Positions 1-12,266 of a DNA stretch of 64,000 nt are shown here, one piece after another. The notes beneath the pieces were generated by a model. That model worked only from the letters and a program-made list of their open reading frames with translations, searched no databases and was not told where the DNA came from. The position numbers and the translations under genes were made by a program. How positions within the stretch are numbered: position 1 is the stretch's first letter; each line of letters opens with the position of its first letter. The DNA lies in the NCBI RefSeq assembly GCF_000315625.1, contig NW_005434669.1:1-64000 (forward strand), given 5' to 3'. The stretch comes from Guillardia theta CCMP2712. Lineage: Eukaryota; Protista; Cryptophyta.

Positions 1-108
1 CCCCATTCGCCCGCCTCTTCCCTCCAAGACCCTGAGCTGCGCCTGTCCTGTCCCTTCCCCCCCCAGTCGCCCACCTCTTCCCTCCATGACCCTGAGCTGC
101 GCCTGTCT
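1..108. repeat. Two imperfect ~60-bp direct repeats in the putative 3' UTR of the retroelement
   Basis: CGCCc/aCCTCTTCCCTCCAa/tGACCCTGAGCTGCGCCTGTC occurs at ~8-47 and ~68-107. Confidence 0.75.
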
Positions 109-189
109 CCTTGGTGCTAGGCTTGTTTTCCTTCCCTGCCTGTGCTCCATAGGTGGCTTGCCCATGAGCCGCGCCTGCCCCCCATCGGA

Positions 190-1843
190 CTAGGTCGACT
201 CGCTTCCCCTTCTTGCCGTCCATAGCATGTGTTGCACCACCAGCAGTTGCTTGATTGCTGCTGTCTTGATGCCTTCCCATTCCGTGTCTTCCACCCTTAG
301 CACCCTGAAATTCTCATGCCATTCCCTTTCCATGATCGATCCTTTCACTCCTGCTATGAATGTTGCTTGTTCAACTTCATGATCAGGTAGCAAAGCTGTG
401 ATTTCTGCTCGTAGGGGGGCATATTTCTCTTCCTTTTCCTGAAATTTCTTCTTCAGGCATTCCAGGCCTGTTTGTCCGACTCCGTCATATTCCGATGTCC
501 TTGCAAATTCGATGAGGACAATGCGTTTGATGCTTGCAAAGTAGCAGCAACCGTCAGGTATCCAGTGCCCTTCTCGGTGCATTGAAGTCCCCATCGCTTC
601 CATCACGATGCGTATTGGGGTGTCCCACCATGAATTGACCTGTACCCTTTGTTTCCTCCAACTCTGCTGCAGTCTTACCTTGATCTTCTTCATGACTTCA
701 TTGTGTGCTTTTTGAATCATATCTTGGAACTGCTTGCACGCTAGCTGAACATGACCCCAGGTTTCTTCTCGATCTGGACAGTGAGGACAACATGGTGAGT
801 TAGTCTTCCCCCATTGAAAGAGCTTCTTCCTCGTCGGTGCTGAGAAGGTGATCGCTTGGATAGCTGTTCGCGTAACTGACCCTTCACATTGTTTGAACCC
901 TCTCCCTAGTAAATCTCTTCCCACATGCATTTCGAGCATGAATTTCTCTGTCAAGGTGAGGTCTCCCGCTCGAATCCTTGCCACCATTGTCTGTTGTCTG
1001 ATAATGTAGTCCCATTTCTTCAAGCGATCGAATCCTGATGTAGGATTTTCTTCTCCTGCAATGATGAATTCCATTGGACTATCGTAGATTGCTTTCTCCC
1101 ATCCCGAGGCAAATGTTTGTTTTGCTTGCTTGGCCATTTCCTTTGCCTCTTGAATGTTTCTATGAGATTCTTTTGCTAGTTGGAGTCGGATCCTGATTCC
1201 CCTCCCTTCGAGTTTCCTCATGCAAGTGAGTAACCGATCATGTAGGTCCTCCAGCAGTTCGTCTTCGTATCGCATGGTATCCATTCGCAACGTATTTGTC
1301 ATAAAGCGGTGGAAACGTGTGGACTGGTACATTATTGTGACTTGATTTCCCCTTTTGATCTGTATTCCTTCCTCAAGGACATGTTGCAGAAGTAAACCGA
1401 TTGCGATTGTGTTCGCTCGGATGATGCTGCACTTCCCTTCGCTTCTTCAATCTGCTGCATAAACCATTCTCTGGATGCGTCACTCCATCCAGTCATCGCT
1501 TCTTGCAGAAACTCACGTCGTGCCTGCTGACATGTCGAGCGGATGGCTTCTGCGATAGCGTCGGGGGTGCATCCCTCCACAGCCTTGCAAGCCTGGGCTG
1601 TCCTGCTGTTCGGATAACGCTTCGCGAAGCTCTTCACCCTCTCGACGAGATCAGCTTCGAGGACAGAGGCATCCACAAGTCCGCTCTGCGTGTATTGGCA
1701 TGATCTCCGATACAGCAGGTTGCGAACATTTTCATCATACTGAAGAACCATACTTAGAAAGCTATTTGAAGTATACAAACCTCTCGCTTGCAGCTTCCTT
1801 GGCGCCCTGGCAGCTTCCCCTACACCACGCGTGCAGCCATGGT
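190..1843 (-). pseudogene. C-terminal part of a retrotransposon polyprotein (RNase H-like + zinc knuckle + PD-(D/E)xK endonuclease); frameshifted, RT domain absent
   Basis: The 380-aa ORF frame extends upstream without ATG to ~1450, where the frame changes. No RT motifs (e.g. YADD) are visible. Confidence 0.75.
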
Positions 1844-2356
1844 GCCTGAAATAACCGGCGCTGCCTGAAATAACCGGCGCTGCCTGAAATAACCGGCGCT
1901 GCCTGAAATAACCGGCGCTGCCTGAAATAACCGGCGCTGCCTGAAATAACCGGCGCTGCCTGAAATAACCGGCGCTGCCTGAAATAACCGGCGCTGCCTG
2001 AAATAACCGGCGCTGCCTGAAATAACCGGCGCTGCCTGAAATAACCGGCGCTGCCTGAAATAACCGGCGCTGCCTGAAATAACCGGCGCTGCCTGAAATA
2101 ACCGGCGCTGCCTGAAATAACCGGCGCTGCCTGAAATAACCGGCGCTGCCTGAAATAACCGGCGCTGCCTGAAATAACCGGCGCTGCCTGAAATAACCGG
2201 CGCTGCCTGAAATAACCGGCGCTGCCTGAAATAACCGGCGCTGCCTGAAATAACCGGCGCTGCCTGAAATAACCGGCGCTGCCTGAAATAACCGGCGCTG
2301 CCTGAAATAACCGGCGCTGCCTGAAATAACCGGCGCTGCCTGAAATAACCGGCGCT
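1844..2356. repeat. Perfect tandem array, 27 x 19 bp (GCCTGAAATAACCGGCGCT)
   Basis: 513 bp = 27 x 19; no variant units seen. Confidence 0.98.
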
Positions 2357-2357
2357 G

Positions 2358-2458
2358 CCTAAACCCTAAACCCTAAACCCTAAACCCTAAACCCTAAACC
2401 CTAAACCCTAAACCCTAAACCCTAAACCCTAAACCCTAAACCCTAAACCCTAAACCCT
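2358..2458. repeat. Telomeric repeat (CCCTAAA)n / (TTTAGGG)n, 13 full units plus partial units
   Basis: Perfect CCCTAAA units at 2364-2454. The C-rich strand on + is the orientation expected for a left chromosome end. Confidence 0.95.
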
Positions 2459-2562
2459 GACGGTTGGCACACAAAGGGTGCTGTATGAGGGGCAAAACAA
2501 ACTGGGGTCGAGTTCAACCCATGTGTAGCTTAGCCACCAACCCCTAGATGCCTCTCTAGCAC

Positions 2563-2740
2563 CAGCATCCCCTCTAGGAACAGCATCCCCTCTAAGCACA
2601 ACAGCATCCCCTCTAAGCACAACAGCATCCCCTCTAAGCACAACAGCATCCCCTCTGAGCACAACAGCATCCCCTCTGAGCACAACAGAATCCCCTCTAA
2701 GCACAACAGCATCCCCTCTACTAAGCACCACAGAATCCCT
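2563..2740. repeat. Subtelomeric 21-bp minisatellite (AACAGCATCCCCTCTAAGCAC), ~8 imperfect copies
   Basis: Read directly; it generates the spurious (RGDAVVL)n ORF. Confidence 0.9.
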
Positions 2741-2931
2741 TCCCCTGTCTCTTGACTTGGACTTCAAGTTTCCCTTTGAGAGAAGGAAATGACATGAAGT
2801 GGGAACAACAAAGATCGGCATGATTTTGATTCCTCAATGGGCTTCATGGAAACTCTTTTGTCTATCTCTTTTTTCGCACGGATAATTCTTGTAGCTTTGC
2901 CGAACGTTGACGGGACTGCTCCAGATCCACA

Positions 2932-4310
2932 AATGACTGCTCGGCTACGGCTCTGGGGAAGCAACCAGTATGGACAGCTAGGATACGACGGACTCGACAG
3001 CCTCCAACCAAATTCTGTGAGAAGCATGCAGCACATGGACCCAGCATCAATTCAACAGCTGGCACTTGGGGGTGGACACAGCCTTGCTCTTGATAATCAA
3101 GGGAAGGTTTGGTCGTGGGGTTGGAACGCGAAGGGTCAGCTTGGCAGAAGAACAAACACTGCCGAGAGTTGCGATATCCTGCCTGTCCATGGTTTACCTC
3201 CCTGCCAAAAAATTTCAGCAGGGCACGAAGAGTCCTTCTCCATAGACTTGGAGGGAAGACTGTGGGCGTTTGGTCAAGGGCGATGGGAACCATACACAGT
3301 GGCGGATCACTTGAGTATTGGAGAACAGAACTTCAAAGATGTTGATGGTGGTGTTTTTCATGCAGCAGCTGTAACAGAAAATGGTGCATGCTTTTTCTGG
3401 GGGAAGCATGGGGTCGTCTGTCATGACGATGAAGGAGCAATGAAGGTTATTTGTGCCTCCGAGTTGTTTGTCAGCAAAAGTTGCCTTAGAATTTTTCAGG
3501 TCGGGCAAAATCCAATCCGCTGGGAACCAAAGGATGGTAGCAGAGCAGTACAAGTGGTCAGTAGTAGCCAAGCTCTTGTCAGCTCCTGATGTGTCCTTAG
3601 GCATGCGGTTGGAAGCATACAGTGATACTGGACAATGCTGGACGAGTCTGGGGTGTAGGATCGAACAAACATGGACAACTTGGAAGTCACAGTCCGTCGA
3701 GTTTTCCTACGCCAAGAAGTAATAGACTTGTGATTATTTCATGTTTGATACCATCCTGCTAGTTATTGAGGAGCTGAATGATAAGAAAATTTTAAAGGTT
3801 TGTGATCCTCTTGTTCCGTGATTTTATTCAAATTGTAATCTCGAACGATCAGATTGATGCTGGATGGTCGCATACAGTGGTTTTGTATGAGGACCGCACC
3901 TTAAAAGCTACAGGAAGAAACAATTTCGGCCAATGTTCTACATTCAAGGATCATTGGGAAGATGTATTTCTTATTTTGCTATTCGATTCCCTCTCATTGC
4001 TTTCAAGTTTTGCTGCGGAAGTGAAATGATTCTTGCTTGTCGAGATAAAACGGTAGTCAGAAATGTTATCCAATTTTCGATGAGTGCTTAAACATTTTAG
4101 CTATTCGCAGCAGGTTGGAATGAACATGGCAATCTTGGTACAGGTGATACAGAAAATCGATTTTCACCGACCAAGATTGAAGTTGAAATGCACCAAAGTA
4201 TGCTACTAAAACTGCAATTCAGAGCACACTGTTTCTAACTTGAAAATTCAGATAGAGTGTTTTGTGCTGGAGGAGGACATTGTGCAGCGGTTACCGCGAG
4301 TCTCAGAAAC
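2932..4310 (+). CDS. RCC1/BLIP-II repeat beta-propeller protein, multi-exon
   Basis: LWGSNQYGQLG, LALGGGHSLAL..VWSWGWNAKGQLG, IDAGWSHTV, GWNEHGNLGTGD, CAGGGH motifs across GT-AG introns. Confidence 0.85.
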
Positions 4311-4349
4311 TAGACACGAACATTTCTTTCGCTTCGATATCTTATACAT

Positions 4350-4995
4350 TCAGTTTGAGAGAATGGCTTTGATGCTGTCTTTTAGCTGTTTGACCTTTGA
4401 GTGCCGTGCTTTCGCTTGGTCTTGCTCAGGTTTCGATAGATCACTGGAGATTCTCGACCTGTTTGCTACTGTGTAGGGGGAATTCATCATGTGCTTCGAT
4501 GCCTCACTTTCATTGTCTTCATCGTCTCCACTACTTGAACTGTCAGGGAAAGTTATTTCCATGAAATATACGAATGTATGACCTTAGTGATATTGACTTT
4601 GGCCATTTCGGCCTTGGCCGTGCTACCCTTTGAGTAGATTTCTGCGGAAACACAATGTAACTTTAGTAAACAGCTTCGTCCTTAACCTTGTCCACTTCTG
4701 ATGTCTTGTGCAGAGGTTTGATTCCCTGCGAAATGGGTTGATTTGTCACTTGCATTGAGCTGTGTGTGGCGTAAAGCAATTCCTATAACACGATTTACAC
4801 AGCGTCAATGGCCAGAGATGAGTACAATATTCTTTCGTTGATAGTTACACCAACTCAAAACGTCTCCTTCGGCCTGAAATAATTCATCATCTTAAAATTT
4901 GAACTCAGGGTATTTAGAACTACCATTGCTTTCAGATTCGTAGTTGACTTCACCCTGTCCGAACCGAAGGTTCGAATTGCTTCGCTCGGCGACAT
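4350..4995 (-). CDS. Hypothetical multi-exon protein
   Basis: Short minus-strand exons flanked by GT/AG, with the last exon in ORF 4350-4562. No recognisable domain; the start is uncertain. Confidence 0.35.
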
Positions 4996-5664
4996 GTTGT
5001 ACGGCTGACTTCTGAAATAGAGATCGTATTCTTGGCTAAATTTCTTTTGTATCGTGAGTAATTCAAGGTGATTATGTTCATGGTCACCGACGAAATTTCA
5101 TCAACGTTGACATGTTTTCTTGGTGCATGCTTGCAGCAAGTCAGTGTTGGCTATAACATCATCGAGCACACACAGATAATGATGCATTATTTACAAGACC
5201 CAGCAGCTTCAAGTGTCTGCAAACATCTTGATCCATGTTGAGCCCTCTACAGCGGGTTGGATCAGTTCCTGGTTGCAATGAGGTTTGAATTACGAGACGG
5301 CATCGTAAACTTGAGCCTTCAAGTATGGGAGGATATCGCATGGAACTGCATCTGCGAGAAACGATGAGATGGTGGACAAATGCAGAGACATCACTGACTG
5401 TCTTCTGGTTCTTCAAGCTGGACAGGAACAATGCTAGATTCGCTCAATTCTGCCGGCGAATTCTCCGTACAAGAGCTGATCACATCATGAAAGAGAGCAG
5501 CTCGCATATCAGTTTGCTTCTCGAAGGCTCCTTTCATCAGTGAAGTCTTGAGACGAATATCCATGCTTTCTTGCTTCATTCTTGCTGCCTCAACCTCCAT
5601 GGCTGCGTCAAACTTTGATGGCTTTTTTTTCAACTTTTCAAAAAGGAGTGTATATTGAAAAACG

Positions 5665-8600
5665 ATGGACACTGACGCCGACGCGATGCTCCTCGAAGCC
5701 TTGGAGGTCTCGGACATGCTTTCGCAAGTCTCTTCTCTTCTTCCTTCTTCTCAGTCGTCCCTGGTCGCCTCTTGTTCCTGCATGCCCAGGATTTCGGCGA
5801 TAAAAGGCTTTGATAAGTATGAAGGGATGGACAAACCAAATGGGATCGTGTCCGAGCGCGCAACTAATTGGGATCCATTGAACCATAGCTCGCTTCCATA
5901 TACTGACCAATCAATACAGGCATCACTGAAAACAATTTCACAGTTAACAAAAATTTTGTATGTGTGCTCTGTGGACAATGAATGCTCAGAATTCATGAAG
6001 AAGCATGGGGATAGAAGATGTTTTCAGAGTCTTGTTCAGACCAAAATCAGACCTGATGATGAAGGCAAAACAAAAAGAGCAGCATCTGTAAATTTTGACG
6101 ATTTTTGGCGACATTTGAAATCTTTTGGGACGGTTCCTAAGTGGATTTCAACTCGCACAGCACGATATCTTTGGTCAAGACAAGGAAACGAAAACACGAG
6201 AGATATTTCTGAAGCAAACGAACAAATTGTGAACTTTGAACAATTTCTAGCTCTACTTTTGGATGTATACAACGAAGGAGTTAGTTTGAAGAATTATCAG
6301 CATCAGGAAGAAACACAGTTTACAAAAGATCTCTTTGATACGATAGAAGAAAACCTCGCTGAGGTCAGCTCTTCAATAAGGTTTCAGATAGATTTCGCTG
6401 AAGAGTCAATTTCAAGCTATAAAACTAAAGTTGAAATTCAAGAAGCAACTTTATTCCACTTACAGTCGGAAATACATTCCGTGGGAAATTCCAAACAATC
6501 CCTGTCAAACAATATCGCGTTTCTGCAAAGGAAATGTGAGACACTAATATATGAGAATTCACAGATCGAATCGTCGAAGCAAGAAGCTTTTGACACTATA
6601 GACAAACTACGACAAGAGCTAAAAATCAGCCAAGAGTTATGCGGCAGACTCAAAGTCGATGTGAGTTCAAAACAAGCAGCTTACGAGAAACTTCTTGATG
6701 AACTGAAGCTGAGAGAGGAAACATGCATGATGCTAGATAATGAAAAATGTCAGCTCATCCGAATGTTAGAAGGCTGCAAACTGTCAAATGAGATTGAACT
6801 CACTCACAACCGAGAATTGCAGGAGAAACTGGAAATAAAAAATGCCCAGCTAGCTTGTTATCAACAAGACTCTTCATGCTCTCAGAAACAATTTAGTGAT
6901 CAAATGAATGCAATGAAACTACATATTACAATGATCAGCAAGGAGCTGCAAGTTTATCGAGCGGAGGAGCACATGCTCAGTAAAACACTAAGTGAGATAG
7001 AGAATCAGATCAATCCTTTGGAAACTTTTTGTCTCAACTTACACAAGAAATGCATCGCTGTCCAGGTATTCATGTTTTGTTCACTGACGGTGAAAATCAA
7101 TGACTCTTCAGTGGACAGCAAAGTATGCATCTAAAAGAGGTGGAAATCCAGACGAAGTATGAGAAATCCCTTCATGAACACGACAGGGTGATGCAGAGTT
7201 TTTGGTTGGATATATTCCTTCTCTTGACTTATGTGCAGTTGAGAAATGAGCAAAAAGCAGAAATCTGCCGTCTGAATCAAAGCAACCAACAGTTCTTAAT
7301 TGACATTGAGCGACTTTCTAATGAATTGAGAGAGAAAGAGGTCACAGAACAAATGATGTCAAGACGAGTCAAGACCGTTGGCGAAGAAAACTTGGATCTC
7401 AGCATCAGATTGAAACAAGCAAACAGAATTTCTCAAATTCTTGTAAACGACTTTGAAGCAACTTACACGCTGCTGAATGTCTCGATGTTTGTCAAGTACT
7501 ATCTTGTGACATTTTGATCAGGAAACTCTCCATTTTATGATAGAAGATATCCACTTAGCTGCGGGAAAGCAACATGTAAACAGAATGAGATTGATTTTCG
7601 ATTTGACTTTTCACAGCATTTTGTAAGAGAACTACAGCAGCTGAATTCATATGTTCAAACTCTACAAGAAAACCTTGCAGCAAAATCAATGGAAGTGGAT
7701 ACAATTAAGAATTCATTTGAGTCAAAAAATGCACAAATGCATGCCAAATACTGGAATTCCTACTCAACCTGTGAAACGTCATTATGTTCGTGTTGCTTTG
7801 AATTGGAGAGCCTGGACGCTTTGCTGTTTTCCGTAAAAGTGAAAGTGAGTCAAGTTTCCATGTTGTTTTTTATTTTATTCTCAAAGCAGGTGGAAAATGA
7901 CCGAAGCGTAGAATCGAGAAGAATGTTGGAATTGCAATCGCTGCGTAATGAGAGAAAACGATGTAGCTAATGTTTTTCTGCATTTGGGTGCTAATATGAT
8001 TTTTAGATCAGATTCTCAAAGAGGAATTGCAAACAAAACTTGACACCAGTGGGAAAGAACTTGACGACACAAAGGAAAAAATGATGTTGGCTCATGGCGA
8101 GTTGGAACGACTTTCAAATGAACTGCAAAATTCTCGACTTCAGCAAGGCTTACAAGGAACCAAAATGAATGAACTGGTAAAAGACAAACAATTGGTATGC
8201 GCATGACATTTCATCAGTGAATTATTGACCTTTCTACTAAGATTGAAATGCGTTTACAAGCAGCAGAACTCGAAGTAGAATTGCTTGTCGAAGAGGTTCG
8301 TTTCAGTTCATCTATGACCGCATTATGCTCAATCTTGAATTGTATTTAGCGCAATCAAAGGATGAGAGAGGTGAAGGCTGAACAAGCACATGTTTCAGAG
8401 TTGAAAGAAGAGGTCTCCAGCTACAAATGTGTATGGAGCTTACAGCAATCCGGGTCTTCAGGTGGAGAGAACCAAAGACTTCAACAAATCAATTGAGTCA
8501 CAACTTGAGGTGTTGGCTCTGAAATTTGTGATCTTTTCGGTCACTGTGACACATTTAGATCAAGACACGTGAGATTTGTAAATTACAAAGCTCCAATGAG

Positions 8601-10197
8601 GAACTCCAGCAACAAGCAAGTAAGCTTTCTGACCAAATTTGCTTTTTGATGAAGAGCATCGTCAAAATTCAAATCTAAACGAGCATGAAACAGCTAGGCT
8701 ATACAAGCAAGTGGAAGTCTCACAAGGACTGCAGACTAAGGTCGTTTTTCAAAACAATGAATGCGCCGTTGAAGGAGTTTTCTCTGATAGTGGAATCAAA
8801 ACGTTGCTGACTTGAAGAGAAAGTTTAATGATTTGTGTGCAGAGGTGATTGAACCCGCCTGAGTGTTTCTGTGATGTCACCATTGCAGAGGGACGCTAAG
8901 ATTGAAGAAAATACAGCTCTCAACCAGAAGATGATATCACTAGATGAAGTCGTGCAAGATCTCAATAGGCGACTCAAAATGTTTGATTTCGACATCCTTC
9001 TAGTTGTTTGTATGCCAGTCGATCTGCTGACTTTGCCATTGCAGTCTGCAAGAAGAAAAACAACAGCTGCAGGTAAGTCCAGCATCAACTGTCCGAAACC
9101 CTCATCCAAAAATTATCAGTTGGAAGCTAATCAACTGCATCAATACATGCAGGTAAGAAGAGTGCTGATCTGTATCAACCTTTTGTTTCGTATTGATGAT
9201 CATATCAGAAAATTGAAAACGGAATTCTTATGCTGCAGCAAAAACATGTATACCCAAAATACAAATGAAGCATTTTCTCGATGATTGAATGACACAGCAA
9301 ATTGAAATCAAAAATTTGAAAAAATCCAAAAATGACGTTCAGGTTTGCTGAACAGTGTTTGTTAGAGCTGTATGATGTGAATGATGGAGTGTGCCAGGTT
9401 CAGCTTGCAGAATTGCTTGAAGAAAAGCATCAACTTTTGAGCAGGATACAGCTTCTCACAAGGTACTTATAAAAAACACTTGCTGTGAACAAAGCCTGAT
9501 TGCAAATACTCTTCGATAGGAAAAATGAATCGACCAGATCTCTATGTTCCAACTTGGAATTTCGACAAAAACAGATGGTAAGAATAGCTAAAACTTGCAA
9601 GCAGCTGAATGATAATCCAGGAAATAGAGATGAAGAAAGCTTGCAGTTTGCTTGCAAACAGTGACAGGCAATATCTGGACGACTTGATAGCGTTCAAGTC
9701 GCGCTTGACATGTTTGACAAACATTGGAGAAGAGAAGACTACCAGCGAGGAGGAGGGCATGGATCAAGCTATACATATGCCTGAAAGGAGTGAAAAGAAC
9801 TGACGACAGATGAATTTTCAGCCTAGGTTTACTAAATCAATGAGACTGAACCCTGTGATACAGCAACCAAACCATGCGGTGAATTACTCATACTGGTTTC
9901 CCCTGTAGCAGGTCGTTGCCTTGCCAGTAGATCCATCCTTGGATGCAATGAATCCGCATTTCTCGATGGGAACGGCCTCGTAGACTCCCGCAGTTCCATT
10001 GAAGTTAGGCCCCTGCCAATGACGTCATTCCAGTACTCAAACCATCGCAAGTTCAGACCTGTCCGAAGGGATCCGAAATCTTCTTTGAGCTTTCGAGCAA
10101 AAGCGCGAACATCTGAGCATCGAATAGATCAGGTCGAGTAGGAAGTTTTTAAGACCTGGGAGCTTCGACAACAAGCTTTCACAAAAACAATGATGCT
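5665..10197 (+). CDS. Large multi-exon coiled-coil protein with an N-terminal EF-hand-like segment
   Basis: A 489-aa first ORF (VNFDDFW, VNFEQFLALL, then E/K/Q/L-rich heptads) is followed by many short heptad-rich exons to ~10.2 kb. The end is approximate. Confidence 0.65.
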
Positions 10198-10260
10198 GAC
10201 ACCATCCTTTCACACCCACGGTCACAGTCAAATGTCATCTCATCACTGACACTCCTATCA

Positions 10261-10307
10261 TCAGGTCAGCATCGCTCAGGTCAGCATCGCTCAGGTCAGC
10301 ATCGCTC
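10261..10307. repeat. 15-bp tandem repeat (TCAGGTCAGCATCGC) x3
   Basis: Read directly. Confidence 0.85.
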
Positions 10308-10540
10308 CTCAACCAATCTTCTCCCTCTACGTTGTATGTTTTAGCTGCGCCTGCCTGCCGCATCCGATCGGCTCCGGAAATAGATGGGTCATGTAGCCGA
10401 CTATCCGGCGCTTCTGCTAGAGTTTACTCAACACAGCAGGAAGCTAATATCACGAGCTCGCCTCAGTGTATCATTTTATAAAATTGTTGAAGGCATCGAC
10501 TTGCTAGCTTCCACGTGACATTGCGCAAGAAGGCAACGGC

Positions 10541-11882
10541 ATGGCAAGGAAGGTCGGGGTAGCAGGGCTGCTAGGGCTTCTGGTGGCGTCGGGAGGAAGT
10601 TGGGGAAGGACTGCAACAGAGGCTTCATCGTCACTTCATGCTCATGAAGCTCACCAGCACCTTCAACGATTGAGAGGGGGTGCCATGCAGACTGGAGATG
10701 CCGAGCGAATGCTCAAAAAGATGGACGCTGACTTTCACGCTCATGTCAAGGCGCTTGAGAACGAGGACAAAGAAGCCGCTGCCAAACTTAACGAGATTCA
10801 GAACAAGTTTGAGAAACGTATTGAAGAGATCGGGTTGAAAGGGCGATTGCGTGATCCTGGGAGGAAGCAGAAGATTGTTGACATAGGCGTTCCCGTTGAC
10901 GAAGAAATCTACGAGATGCTCTTGGAAGAACCGCCGATTTCACACACAAGACGAAACTATACCGACGAAGATCCTTTCATCCATCCTGATGAAAATGCAG
11001 AAAAGGAATTTCTTGCATATTTGGATAGGGCTGACGATTTGGGATCGCCTCCAAATGCTTGGATACGCCATCACCGATACCCCCGACTTTTCAGGTGTGA
11101 GAACAAGTTGGTTGCATGCCCATATGGAAATGTCGTCCTACCAATCAAGACAGCACTGCCATGGAAGACTAGAGCAACTCGTACCGGCAGGACTTTCTTG
11201 AAGATGAATTTCCGGCGAAATGTGGACAAGCAGCTTATCGCAGGAGATTCCGCTGTAAGTTCATGAACTCTTGCAAAAGCATGCAGAGAGTCATTGATAA
11301 TACATGATTAGGCTATTTTCTCTGCTGTCTTTACTCATGACATTATACAAGCTGCTGGACAGCAGGGCATACAGAACCTGTGGGGGTTATCAAAACCGAT
11401 TTCTGCAAATGCAGAGCATCTTGCTTCAAGTCTTTGCATGGTTCTAACTTGATTCTGCGCTCTTTTTCCTCCTTTCCTTACTCCATAAAATGAACCCCCT
11501 CCCTCCCTCCCTCCCTCCCTCCAAATTCATTTCGTTCTATTACGTTCAACCATTTTCTCCCTTACTCGGTTGGTTGATTGCCATTCACAGGGCTCTTCGC
11601 TGGTTGTCAGCTGGATCGCAATTGCAGCGCTTTCGTCGATTGGTGAATCATCAAGGTAGCTTGATTGTTCTCCCTCCACAACTAACTTCTCAATGTTTTA
11701 TAGCTTGTTGTGTGAAGCATCTGAAGTATCCGGATCAAATTGTTTCTGCGCATCAGCTTACTTTTTCATACAGGCGGCATACTCTGCTCTTCACAAAGCC
11801 ATAATCAGTGCTCCGCTTGGTCTACTCCTATTCCTTTTCTGCAGTGGGAATCACGTGGACCCGAATTATCTTACATTGGTGA
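10541..11882 (+). CDS. Signal-peptide protein with an RLRGG motif and probable C-terminal TM segments, multi-exon
   Basis: MARKVGVAGLLGLLVASGGSWG signal, LQRLRGG motif, 241-aa first exon. Downstream hydrophobic exons (AIFSAVFTH, SSLVVSWIAIAALS, AYFFIQAAY) probably belong to the same gene. Confidence 0.6.
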
Positions 11883-12266
11883 CATTCGAGTTTCAGTTCT
11901 TGTAAGAAGACTCACCCTGTCGCAACCAGGAAACAGTCCTGGTTCCTTTGTATCTTTCTGCTTGGAGATATTTCTTGTCTGCTCGACTCAACAATGATAT
12001 TTAGATCGAGAAGGTCTTGAGGCAACCGAAGAGCATGTAATGTATTTAGAACCCATTGAATTTTCATTATTTTCATTTCAGTGCCGTAGGGTCATCTAGT
12101 TTCAAAAACTGCATTTGAGAGTGTGAAACATGATTCTTGTTCACGATGCATACCTCCACCTTGATTTATTACGCAAATCAATATGCTCATCTTTGATTTA
12201 AGAATATCTATGGCATCGATTTCACGCAACTCATCGGTAGAACTTCGAAAATGAGAAAGGGCTCTT

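Larger units (their letters stand above)
1..1843 (-). mobile_element. 5'-truncated non-LTR retrotransposon with restriction-like endonuclease (RLE), telomere-associated; 3' end runs off the window
   Basis: Minus-strand ORFs 1332-1778 and 190-1332. RNase H-like remnants (GKCSIIRANTIAI..., VTIMYQS, KESHRNIQEAKEMAK) are followed by CPHC-x4-ETWGHVQLAC (CCHC knuckle), HNEV, PDG..IEFART and KEEKY, the typical C-terminal order of RLE LINEs. The reading frame is open right up to the 19-bp array. Confidence 0.85.

Noticed and set aside
190-1332. Fanzor/TnpB nuclease
   Set aside because: The motif order (CCHC knuckle, HN, PD..E..K) fits an RLE LINE endonuclease, not a split RuvC.
1332-1336. TAATG stop-start coupling as programmed reinitiation
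   Set aside because: The downstream frame stays open ~40 codons upstream with RNase H-like sequence, so a frameshift mutation explains it better.
1844-2356. CRISPR array
   Set aside because: The units are contiguous with no spacers, the context is eukaryotic, and no cas genes are present.
2450-2821. (RGDAVVL)n ORF
   Set aside because: Translation of the 21-bp subtelomeric minisatellite.
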